Source: a virus. From it: DNA of 64,000 bases. Below the pieces are notes generated by a model. The model was not told the origin of the DNA. It did not search any database and saw only the letters and a program-made list of their open reading frames with translations. A program made the position numbers and the translations under genes. Positions 1 to 9,564 of this stretch are shown piece after piece (the stretch's first letter is position 1; each line of letters opens with the position of its first letter). The DNA lies in IMG/VR virus record IMGVR_UViG_3300027772_000010, positions 1 to 64,000 of that record; one strand, 5' to 3'.

Positions 1-2406
1 ATTATATATTAAACCTCCATCTTCTTTTTTATGACTATAATCTATTCTTTTAGATGAAGTTTTTTCTCTTTTAAATTTTTCTTTTTCTGCACTACTTAAT
101 TCAGATGCAGTTTTAGGGGTATCACTATTTATTCTTTTAGAAGGTCTACAAGCAGGATAACCTTTTCTTTTCTCACCCTTTTGTCTACCACACTCTTTAC
201 CTGTTTTAACATCTACCCACTTCTCAGCAAACCATCTATCTAATCCTCCATGTTGGCCACCATTTTTCATTATAGGTATTTCTGTTACTTTATCTGTAGG
301 AAATATATAGTCTCCTGTATTTGGGTATAAAACTACTCCATTGGCTGCTACTGGAAAAGCCATATTATTAGTAGTTATATAATTACTATTGATAACTTTT
401 TTAGGTGTAAAATTATCTAAATTAGATATTAAATAACCATTATCGTCATTTATTTTTCCTCCTTGTTTAAAATCTCCTACCATAAAAGTATTAGGAGAAA
501 TAAGTTTAGATTGTGAAGGTCTATTTATTACATTTAATTTTGCATTTTTTAAATAATTATATGTTTTTGTAGGTATTTCTAAATTAGTCTGAGCATTAGC
601 TCCTATTTCACTACCAATATAATTATTTTCTAAATCAGATAACAACTCTTTAGTATTAGAATAATTATTAAATTCATGGGCAGCTCCTAGTATATTTGCT
701 ACTCCCATTCTATATGCTTTATCTATTGGAGAAAATTTATTTACCAAAGGCAAATTAGGTAAATTTTTAGCCAATAAAGCACTTGTTGTACTGTGTCTTA
801 ATGCATCTAAATAGCCATTACGTTCCCCAGTATTTAATTTATTATCAAATAACTCATCTTCATTTTTAGCTGTTTCATAAACTAAATTTAAATATTCACG
901 AGGTATTAATATGTTTTGAAGATTGTTATCTAAATTTTTTAAATTATTTTTAATGTTATTATATTCTTTTTCTATTGAATTTTTTTTAATTTTTAATCTT
1001 CCTCCATTTTGAAATTCTGCTGGAACAGCCATTGGTTGTCCAGGATATACTTTTGATGCATTTTGTTGTAAAATAATATCAGACCTTAATTTTGTTTTAG
1101 GGTCATAATAAATTTTATCTTCTAACTCAAAAGGATTAAACATTAGACTCTCTAATTCATCTAATAAAGGAGTTGCTTTTTTTAAATATTTACCTATAGT
1201 TGGATTAACATTTCTATCAATAAATTGATTTGCATATCTTGTAGGATCAAAATCAAATCTATCTGAATATTTTAAATATTCTCCTTTAGCATCTTTACCT
1301 TTTGTTATGTAATGTTTTCCCATAACAAAATCATCATAAGGATATAAATCAAATGCTGGGTTAACAGGGTCAGGTACTCCATCTTCATTAGGTACTCCCC
1401 AATCCCTTACAGCTTCATCAGATAAAAGAGTGTCAGGATAAAGTTTATTATAATCTCTTATTCTATATTTATTTGGAGCAGTTTGCTCAAATGCTCCTGT
1501 TTTAGAAGGCAACCCTAAATACATTCTAAGAGCATCTTGCTCTCTAGCAAGAGGTTCCATAGGTTCATTACTATAATCTTTTCCTTCTATACCAACTGCT
1601 GTTCTTAAAAGTTGGTTTAAAGGAGTAAAGTATCCTTCTTTAGTATCTAAGTTACCTAAGTTTTCTTTTAAAGATAAGGCTTTTTTTAATTTAGATAATG
1701 TGCTTTTTTTATCTTCTACCTTTCCTCCTCTTTGATAAGTAGGAGCTCCTTGGTTTTGTAGTGTTTTCTTTGTTGCTATTTTTGCCATTACCAAGGATGG
1801 TGTATGAGTTATGTGTGAAGCAGCTACTGGATTAAACGTGTTGTTTAAAAATTGTTTTGCTGTATTTGCTCCAATACTGCCTATTGCTCCAACCCCCAAA
1901 GGAGCTGCTAAAGCTAAGGCTGCATTTCCATATTCTCCTTGGTTAATTAATTCTGGAGTTTGAGCTAATCTTCCAGCCATTCCTCCTACTATATTAAATG
2001 GATTAATATAATCATCAAAGAAGTTGTCTTCATTTGAAAATCTATATTTACTTTTCATTCCCTCACCTATGTCATACAAATCTTTTGCATTTGCAGTTTC
2101 TAACATAGATTTTTGATTTAACTCTTCTAGCCTTCTTACATCAGCTATCCTTTTTTCTTTAGCCTTTTGGGATTCATTGGCTTTTTCTCTTAACAACCTG
2201 TTAACCATTTCCTTATCATCAGAACTGTCTAATTTTGGACTATTCTTATTATAAGTGTTATCCACAGCAACACGTTTGGTTGGAAGGTTAAAATATTGTT
2301 TTAATTTGCCTCCATCTTGGTATTCATTAATAGACAATTCCTCAGAGTAGTTATCCAACCACCCTGAAGAATTAGTTTTATTAAGTTTATTTTTACTTTT
2401 AGCCAT
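1..2406 (-). CDS. Modular virion cargo/ejection-type protein, truncated by the window edge and absent from the ORF track
   Basis: Translated by hand: ATG at 2406 overlaps the muzzle stop (TAATG) and the frame stays open to position 1 (MAKSKNKLNKTNSSGWLD...KKEDGGLIYN). Six xxxGG motifs. Sits directly after the muzzle gene, as crAss-like cargo genes do. Confidence 0.85.
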   Translation of the reverse strand, partial: MAKSKNKLNKTNSSGWLDNYSEELSINEYQDGGKLKQYFNLPTKRVAVDNTYNKNSPKLDSSDDKEMVNRLLREKANESQKAKEKRIADVRRLEELNQKSMLETANAKDLYDIGEGMKSKYRFSNEDNFFDDYINPFNIVGGMAGRLAQTPELINQGEYGNAALALAAPLGVGAIGSIGANTAKQFLNNTFNPVAASHITHTPSLVMAKIATKKTLQNQGAPTYQRGGKVEDKKSTLSKLKKALSLKENLGNLDTKEGYFTPLNQLLRTAVGIEGKDYSNEPMEPLAREQDALRMYLGLPSKTGAFEQTAPNKYRIRDYNKLYPDTLLSDEAVRDWGVPNEDGVPDPVNPAFDLYPYDDFVMGKHYITKGKDAKGEYLKYSDRFDFDPTRYANQFIDRNVNPTIGKYLKKATPLLDELESLMFNPFELEDKIYYDPKTKLRSDIILQQNASKVYPGQPMAVPAEFQNGGRLKIKKNSIEKEYNNIKNNLKNLDNNLQNILIPREYLNLVYETAKNEDELFDNKLNTGERNGYLDALRHSTTSALLAKNLPNLPLVNKFSPIDKAYRMGVANILGAAHEFNNYSNTKELLSDLENNYIGSEIGANAQTNLEIPTKTYNYLKNAKLNVINRPSQSKLISPNTFMVGDFKQGGKINDDNGYLISNLDNFTPKKVINSNYITTNNMAFPVAANGVVLYPNTGDYIFPTDKVTEIPIMKNGGQHGGLDRWFAEKWVDVKTGKECGRQKGEKRKGYPACRPSKRINSDTPKTASELSSAEKEKFKREKTSSKRIDYSHKKEDGGLIYN

Positions 2407-5400
2407 TAACGCATGGATATGTTGTAATTGAGGAGTGTAAATTTAAGTATAAATTTTAAGTTTTCTAATTCTTTATTATCTATATTAACTCTATAATTAA
2501 AATATCCATTTTCTAATCTATCAATTTTTGTCCAATCTTTTGATAATGAAACATTTGAGTTAGGATAAGGAAAAATATCTCCTACTAAAAAATTTAAATC
2601 ACTATCAACTACATAGTTCATTAAACTGTTACAAAATATAGTACCATTAATAATGTTATGTGGTTGGTTGTTTAATACAACATTCTCCATATAATCAGCA
2701 TTAATAGGAGTCTTTAACATTACTTCTCCACTATGTTGTCTATCAGTCCAAACTGAAACACTTGTAGGTGGTTCATCTACTAAAATAAGTTGGTTATTTA
2801 CATTCTTATAACAATCCATTTTAATTCCTACATTTTGTAATGTAGTATAAACTAAAGGATGATATGTAAATACTGCATCTACCATTGAAGGGTAATTAAC
2901 TCCATAGAATTTTCTATAAGAATTAAAGTTATCTTCATGTAAGTATAATTCATAATCTTCATTTTGAGTAAAGAATGTATCTCTATTTTGTAAATAAGCT
3001 ATTGGCTTATAAGAATGAAAAGAATAAAATGCTTTATCTTCTGGATAATAAGAAATAGTGTAATCATTATTTCTATCTGTAAATAATAATCTTTTATGTC
3101 TATAATCAAAACCTAAAGTAATATTTATATCAGCCAAAGGTAATAATGGACTATAAGAATTAAAATAATTGTTAAAAGCATTTTTAAAGAAACTATTCAT
3201 ACCATAAGTAGAAATAGCATCTAGTTTTCCTCCTGATAATAAATTTATACCTTGATTTTTTAAGTCAACAAAAAAGTATCCATAATTATTTTGAAAAGCA
3301 AATCTTTTATCTTGTAAACCCATATATCCTTCATTAGATATAAATAGATTTAAAGGTTGTGTACTTAATATATCACTTGTTCCAACATATATAGTATTAT
3401 TATTAGCTTGTAATTGAGATTCTAATACTTGGATTTTCCACATACTATCTGTAGTATGAGCATATATAATATTACTTTCTTGTAAAAGATTTGTAATATT
3501 TCCATATGCAGCAGGTACTGTTATAAAATTATTAGCTAAAAATTTAGAGAATCCACTTTCTGGTACAGCAGGATTATCTGCAGTAGAAACTATAATTCTA
3601 TTATCATATTGATTATCACATTCACAAGTTTTATAAGTTTCATCTATAGGTTTAAATATGTTAAACCTTAATCCATTTAATTCATTATAATCACTATTCA
3701 TAAGAATAATATTATCATGAAAGTTTCTATAAGAATCATCATACTCTACAAACATAGAATAATTAGCACAATTATCTCCATCTTGAGCACAAATAATTTG
3801 ATAAAAATAACTATTTAAAAAACAATCTTCTGCATATTCTCTTGTTTTATTAGAAAATAATTTATATTTTCCATTAGCTAATTTAGGGTAATAAATTTCA
3901 TTAAATGTAGGTCCTTCATATCTTAAATCTAAATTATAATCAGATTCCATTACAGAATTAATAAGAGTTACATTAGGTTTTTGCAATAAATATAATGAAA
4001 GTAAATAACCTTTATTGTTAGCTATAATATTTGTAATACTAAGAGTTGGATCTAATTTTGTCATCCATTTAGCTCCTATACTATCATTAATATAAGAATC
4101 TTCTAACATTCCTGTAACTCCTGTTCTAATAAAAGAAAATGTATTAATAAAAGAATCTCCATAAAATCCTGTAACACTTGTTTGATCAGCACAAGCTTTT
4201 AATCCTGTATCAATAAAAAACATATCTTGTATAGCTCCATATTGTCTAGGAAGATTATTTTTTAAAGAACCATAATAAATATAACCTTCATTACAACTAT
4301 CTAATATATTATTAGAAGTTGCATTATCTAAATAATTTTCAAAGAAATATTGTTCATCATTTCCTGAAGGACTTGTGGCAGTAAGAGAAACAGTTGAAGA
4401 TGATCCCCCAGTTAAAAAAGAAATTTGAAACCCTGCTAACCATTCTATTTGAGTAGTACTAACTACTGAAAACATCATACCATTAGTAAAAGGACTCCCA
4501 GGACTATTTGTTATAGTTAAAACTGATCCGACAGGAAATGCAGGATTAGAATAATTTACAAGAGTTCCAAAAGGAGCAACAGTTGCAGCAACTGTAAAAG
4601 TTTGGTTAATCCATGTCTCTGTTTTAAACCTTAAAGTTGCAGGTATAGGAAGAATTAGGGGGAGATTATAAAAATTTGAAGTTTTTTCTAATCTATTTGC
4701 TCCTGAATTCCATTTATATTTATCTCCTACATCAAATGGAGCAACTCCTCCTGTGTTAATAATAGTAAATTCAGTATTATTAGGATAATTTGTTAAAGCA
4801 GTTGGAAAAGTGGTTGGACTTGTTAAAAAATCTGATGAAATTGTTGCTGTAGTTAAAACTACAGGTACATCTAGTTCAAAGAAAATTTTATTAGTTGTTA
4901 ATGTAGTACAATTACATTTTTTAGCACTAGTATCTGAATTAAAAAAATCTCCATTATGATTAAAAGATAAATCTGTTCTTTTATTTAATAAAACAAAAAC
5001 TCCGCTCTCTCTATAAAAATTTACAAGAGAGTACTCTGCTCCTAAAATTTTATTTAAAATAACATTATCTTTTACATAAGAATAGTTTTCCGAACAAATA
5101 TTTTTAAAATTATAAAATAAAGATCTATTTTTATAACCATTTGTCCTATCTATAATTATATTATTAGATTGTACATATCCATAATTGTACATATTATATA
5201 TTTGAATAGCAGTTCTTCTTAGTCTACCATCTTTATCTAAAAAAACAGAGGTATCTAAAGCACTTGGATCTCCAGCACCTGATTTAAATCCATTTTGTCC
5301 ATCAATAGAATCTAAATAATATCCTGTTGTATTATATTGTTGTTCTATTTTAACATGGTTCATATTTATACCACCTTGAACTGCCATAGTATTTCCTCCA

Positions 5401-7400
5401 TAAAACATTAAAGCTTTTTCATAATGCTCACCATACCCACAATTTTTTACAAAGTCTGTAACAGTATTAGAAGTAGTTAAATCAGGATTATATTGATTTG
5501 AAAAATAATCCCATTTAGCTCCAGAGTTTATATTATGTTTTGGAAAAATATACTCTGTACCATATTTATCATTAGTAAAAGTTTCTACAAAAAATCCCTT
5601 AGCTTGAATAGATTTATTATAAGAATCTCTTCTTACATAAACTAATCTATAACCTGTTACTCTAACTCCTCCTGTTTCTTCTAGAGTAGGCATTTTAACA
5701 TTGTCTAGTTTTAATCCTAAAGGATAAATTTCTAAACTATCATATTTACTATCATATCTATTTTTATTTTCTTCAATAGCAAAATCATCTACTATATTGT
5801 TATGAAAAGGTTCAATAGTAGAATCTGGCATTTTAAATAATGTAATATGTTGGCCATATAATTTGTTACCAAGGACTTCGGTAGGATACATATAATTATT
5901 CTCATTATAAGTACTAGGATTAAATGGGCCTACATCACATCTAGGAATTATAGGGTATCTTTCTTCAGATTCAAAATAACCTAAGTATCCTTCAGAACGG
6001 ACAGTATTATTATTATTATTATTAATAGTACCTGAACAAAAATCTGTAGTACTTAAACTTGTAGCAAATGCATTATATGCAGTTCTCTTTGCTGTATTAA
6101 CTTCTTTCCAATAAACCCTATCATCTGTACAACATAATGCTGTATCATTAGTTTGTGGGTTTTCTTCATTCCAATCTGGAAAAGGAGTATATTTTTTATT
6201 AATTAAAGGAAATACAGCAGATTCTGACATATCCTCAAATTCTAAAACAATACCTAACATATAATTTTCATCTCTCATCCAAGATTTGTGATGAATAACA
6301 TGTTCTGGGTTTTTATACCCTTTAGTATTATTTATATTAATTTTTGCTGTTACATATTTAACAGTAATATCATTTGCATATTGTTGATAATCAACATTTC
6401 TTTTACCATTAACTCCTGCTAATAATAATCTATTATTATATATTAATCCACTTTTAGCGGATAAATAAAATGCTCTTTTAACTAAAATTTCTCTTATATC
6501 TACAGTTTCAGCAAAAACAGCATCTCCTTCATAAACTACAGTTAATTCAGAAGTTACTGGTTGTTTCTTTTTAAATAAAAAAGAAGTAGAAACTCCACCT
6601 ACAGTTTTTATAAATCCTACATTTATATATGGATATAAAACATCTAAGTTTTCAAAATTTAAAACTATACTTTTATTTAAAAGTTTAGGTTCATTACCAT
6701 CTATATATTCATAAGAAAAAATAAGATTATCTTCTACTAAAGGAATATTTTCATTTATAACATAATAATTTGTAGTATTACCATTGCTATCTTCATATTG
6801 AATAAATGGTCTATACATACCTGCTTCTATAGCATAAGCTGCATTATCTATAAAATTAACATTATTTAATCTAATACAAGTGTCTGCAACTTTAAACAAA
6901 TCTAATTCATCACAACTATTAATACAACAATCTGTATTAGGATCTTTTAAATACTCTGTTATATTAATATTTCTTACTCTATTTTTACCATCCCAAAATA
7001 CTATAACTATATCTTCACATTCTGTTTTAGCATAAGTAACAGATTCTACATAATTATTAAAGTCTAAACAAGGGGATTTATATATTGTAGTATAAGTATT
7101 TAAATTACCATCAAATACTCCAATTTCATTATTAGATAAAAATAAAACCCATTTATTTAATTGTTTTATTAAATTAGAATTTAATATTTTTCCAGGTAAT
7201 TTAATGTTTAAATCTAAATTAGAATACTCTGAAGTTAAAAAATTTTCATCACCTTCAGAAGACTCTTTCAATACATTTAATGCAGCTCTATAAGTATCTT
7301 TAGGTTGAGCATCTGGAGAAGCATCTTGATTTATACCTTTAGTAAAAGTATAATTAGCTATATCTTGCAAAGTCCTAGTTTTATTATTTTGCTCTGCCAT
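2406..7400 (-). CDS. Tail muzzle/stabilisation protein (crAss-like, P22 gp10-like)
   Basis: 1664 aa. N-terminal FTKGINQD motif, 'SWMRDENYMLGIV', C-terminal 'TISYYPEDKAFYSFHSY'. Follows the ring and IHF-like genes as in crAss-like genomes. Confidence 0.8.
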   Translation of the reverse strand: MAEQNNKTRTLQDIANYTFTKGINQDASPDAQPKDTYRAALNVLKESSEGDENFLTSEYSNLDLNIKLPGKILNSNLIKQLNKWVLFLSNNEIGVFDGNLNTYTTIYKSPCLDFNNYVESVTYAKTECEDIVIVFWDGKNRVRNINITEYLKDPNTDCCINSCDELDLFKVADTCIRLNNVNFIDNAAYAIEAGMYRPFIQYEDSNGNTTNYYVINENIPLVEDNLIFSYEYIDGNEPKLLNKSIVLNFENLDVLYPYINVGFIKTVGGVSTSFLFKKKQPVTSELTVVYEGDAVFAETVDIREILVKRAFYLSAKSGLIYNNRLLLAGVNGKRNVDYQQYANDITVKYVTAKININNTKGYKNPEHVIHHKSWMRDENYMLGIVLEFEDMSESAVFPLINKKYTPFPDWNEENPQTNDTALCCTDDRVYWKEVNTAKRTAYNAFATSLSTTDFCSGTINNNNNNTVRSEGYLGYFESEERYPIIPRCDVGPFNPSTYNENNYMYPTEVLGNKLYGQHITLFKMPDSTIEPFHNNIVDDFAIEENKNRYDSKYDSLEIYPLGLKLDNVKMPTLEETGGVRVTGYRLVYVRRDSYNKSIQAKGFFVETFTNDKYGTEYIFPKHNINSGAKWDYFSNQYNPDLTTSNTVTDFVKNCGYGEHYEKALMFYGGNTMAVQGGINMNHVKIEQQYNTTGYYLDSIDGQNGFKSGAGDPSALDTSVFLDKDGRLRRTAIQIYNMYNYGYVQSNNIIIDRTNGYKNRSLFYNFKNICSENYSYVKDNVILNKILGAEYSLVNFYRESGVFVLLNKRTDLSFNHNGDFFNSDTSAKKCNCTTLTTNKIFFELDVPVVLTTATISSDFLTSPTTFPTALTNYPNNTEFTIINTGGVAPFDVGDKYKWNSGANRLEKTSNFYNLPLILPIPATLRFKTETWINQTFTVAATVAPFGTLVNYSNPAFPVGSVLTITNSPGSPFTNGMMFSVVSTTQIEWLAGFQISFLTGGSSSTVSLTATSPSGNDEQYFFENYLDNATSNNILDSCNEGYIYYGSLKNNLPRQYGAIQDMFFIDTGLKACADQTSVTGFYGDSFINTFSFIRTGVTGMLEDSYINDSIGAKWMTKLDPTLSITNIIANNKGYLLSLYLLQKPNVTLINSVMESDYNLDLRYEGPTFNEIYYPKLANGKYKLFSNKTREYAEDCFLNSYFYQIICAQDGDNCANYSMFVEYDDSYRNFHDNIILMNSDYNELNGLRFNIFKPIDETYKTCECDNQYDNRIIVSTADNPAVPESGFSKFLANNFITVPAAYGNITNLLQESNIIYAHTTDSMWKIQVLESQLQANNNTIYVGTSDILSTQPLNLFISNEGYMGLQDKRFAFQNNYGYFFVDLKNQGINLLSGGKLDAISTYGMNSFFKNAFNNYFNSYSPLLPLADINITLGFDYRHKRLLFTDRNNDYTISYYPEDKAFYSFHSYKPIAYLQNRDTFFTQNEDYELYLHEDNFNSYRKFYGVNYPSMVDAVFTYHPLVYTTLQNVGIKMDCYKNVNNQLILVDEPPTSVSVWTDRQHSGEVMLKTPINADYMENVVLNNQPHNIINGTIFCNSLMNYVVDSDLNFLVGDIFPYPNSNVSLSKDWTKIDRLENGYFNYRVNIDNKELENLKFILKFTLLNYNISMR

Positions 7401-7402
7401 AA

Positions 7403-8353
7403 TTAATATTTTGTAAATGTATTATTTATTGTTTGAGATTTTCTTTGATCTAAGCCATGATAATGATTAGGTACTAAGAATTGATTAAGTGCTTCACCCA
7501 TAGCCCACATTTCATCAAATGTTTGAGTATTTAAATCTTCTCTAGCTTTAATTCTATATTTAATATATTCTCTTTGAGCCAGTTGAAAAAAGTTTAAATC
7601 AGCATTAGACTTACTTTTTCTATATTGAATATAAGCTAATTTTTCTTCTATTGCAGCTATTAAAGCATTAATAAAATTTTTAGTATTAGGAACTAATGGT
7701 AAATCACTTTCATCTACAGGTATAGATAAATATCCTAATATTATTTCAGCTTCTTTATAATCACATATTAAATATCCATTATCAATAGTAAAAGAATTTT
7801 GAGGTCTTAACTCTCTCTCAAAATCTACATTAGTATGTCTTAATAAAGATAATTCATTTTTTCTAGGCTGTAAAATAATCCACTCATTTCTATGTCTTTC
7901 AAACCAAGGGGTAAAATCTTGAACACTAGCAAATTGAAATGCTCTTGCTTGTTCTAAGTTTTGAATAAACAACCAACCATTAGTTTCTAAATAACTATTA
8001 TCACAAGAACAGTTATTTTCACATTTGCAATTTCTTCTATAAGTCCATGTGCAATCAGGATTATTAAAATCTTGTTTTATTAATTCTGTTAAAAAAAATT
8101 GCTCTCTTAAATGTTCTTTAGATTTAGCTAACACATATAAATTTTGTTTAAAACCACAAGGTAATTTTACTCTAAAATTTTTTACTTGTAATTTTTGTAC
8201 TTTTTCTTTATATTGTTTGGCTGTTCCTATTTCAAAATAAGCATCTATAATCCATTCAGTCATTAATTCTTCATTAAAATTAATTTCATTAGGAGCTATT
8301 TGTTTCCAGTTTTCAATAACTGTAGAAATGCTTGTAAATTGTAAATTATTCAT
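7403..8353 (-). CDS. Tail ring/tubular protein
   Basis: 316 aa with 'VKNFRVKLPC' and 'GYLSIPVDESDLPLVP' motifs; immediately upstream of the muzzle gene. Confidence 0.7.
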   Translation of the reverse strand: MNNLQFTSISTVIENWKQIAPNEINFNEELMTEWIIDAYFEIGTAKQYKEKVQKLQVKNFRVKLPCGFKQNLYVLAKSKEHLREQFFLTELIKQDFNNPDCTWTYRRNCKCENNCSCDNSYLETNGWLFIQNLEQARAFQFASVQDFTPWFERHRNEWIILQPRKNELSLLRHTNVDFERELRPQNSFTIDNGYLICDYKEAEIILGYLSIPVDESDLPLVPNTKNFINALIAAIEEKLAYIQYRKSKSNADLNFFQLAQREYIKYRIKAREDLNTQTFDEMWAMGEALNQFLVPNHYHGLDQRKSQTINNTFTKY

Positions 8354-8759
8354 CTTCTTTTAATTTTTTAGCTAAGTCTCTATCTAGTTGCCTGTAAGTT
8401 GTAAATTTATAATAAGTATTAATTACATTGTGGTTATAAATAATTCTATATCTAAATCTATTTGTGTGAAAGTTTGTATAGTATATTGTTTTTTTAAGTT
8501 TTTTAGTTAAGCCAAAATCAATTAATTTTTTATTTGACTTGTATCCTATTATTTTAAAAGAACCTATTTTTAATAAATTTAATGTATGTTTTTTTAATAA
8601 AATTTCTGCAGCTACTTTAAATATTTCTTTTATTACTTTAACATATAATTTTTTATCAGCATATTCTGTTTCTTTAATTACATCATAAACTGAATAGTAT
8701 TTTAAAGGTTTATTTATTTGTTTTCTGAGGGGAACCTGCATCTTCATTGAATGTATCAT
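8346..8759 (-). CDS. IHF/HU-like basic protein of the crAss-like tail module
   Basis: Lys-rich; 'LNLLKIGSFKI', 'IYYTNFHTNRFRYRI'; lies between ring genes. Confidence 0.6.
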   Translation of the reverse strand: MIHSMKMQVPLRKQINKPLKYYSVYDVIKETEYADKKLYVKVIKEIFKVAAEILLKKHTLNLLKIGSFKIIGYKSNKKLIDFGLTKKLKKTIYYTNFHTNRFRYRIIYNHNVINTYYKFTTYRQLDRDLAKKLKEDE

Positions 8760-9390
8760 TTATAACATCTCTATTAAAGTATTGATAAGTTTTTAATATC
8801 CTATCAGCCATCATATTATACATTTTATCTAATAGCCTTTCATCCAAAGGAAACTCTGTATCTAAGAAATCACAAACATTATCACAAGTATTTTTTACTT
8901 CAAAATCATCATAAAATAATGCTTGAAGTTTTACCCATTGTGGACTGTTCAAATCTGGAACAAATAAATAGTTATTTTTTATTAAATATTTAAAGTTATT
9001 TTCAGTATTACCTAGTTCATTATATCTTCTAAATGATTTAGATGATTCTGAAACAACTCTACTATAGTTATCTCCTCTATCATTATATACTTTAGTAACA
9101 ATATTATTAATTGTATTAGGAATAGGTTTTTTAGATTTTAACCATTTACAACCTGTAGGTAATTTTTCACAACATTCATTTGTGTCTGCTAATTCTAATT
9201 GTACACAATCTAATGTTTGTAAATTTAAACTATAGTTATAATCAGGATCTTTAATCTTGTCATAAAGCAAAACTCCTCTACATATTTTCATTAAATGATA
9301 AAAATATGCATAAGTAAATGCACTATCATCTGAAGGAAGTCCTTTATCCATAGGAACTCTAAACCCATTAATTATTTCTCGTATTGTCAT
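8710..9390 (-). CDS. Tail ring protein
   Basis: 226 aa; 'YLIKNNYLF', 'DFLDTEFPLD'; conserved position next to the IHF-like gene. Confidence 0.6.
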   Translation of the reverse strand: MTIREIINGFRVPMDKGLPSDDSAFTYAYFYHLMKICRGVLLYDKIKDPDYNYSLNLQTLDCVQLELADTNECCEKLPTGCKWLKSKKPIPNTINNIVTKVYNDRGDNYSRVVSESSKSFRRYNELGNTENNFKYLIKNNYLFVPDLNSPQWVKLQALFYDDFEVKNTCDNVCDFLDTEFPLDERLLDKMYNMMADRILKTYQYFNRDVINDTFNEDAGSPQKTNK

Positions 9391-9564
9391 TTTTTTTAAT
9401 TTTCATTTATCCATTTTGTATACAAATGACTAAAGTCTTGATAAGTAAAATTATACAATCTTTTAGGATGTTGTAAATATTGTTGATATAATATAATTAA
9501 GCTAACCCCAGTATTTCCAGAGTTAACTTGATTATTAGTATTGTTAATATGTATATTAAACATT

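Noticed and set aside
1-2405. Apparent 2.4-kb gene-free region in the ORF track
   Set aside because: Artefact of the window edge; it is one continuous minus-strand ORF whose stop lies outside the window.
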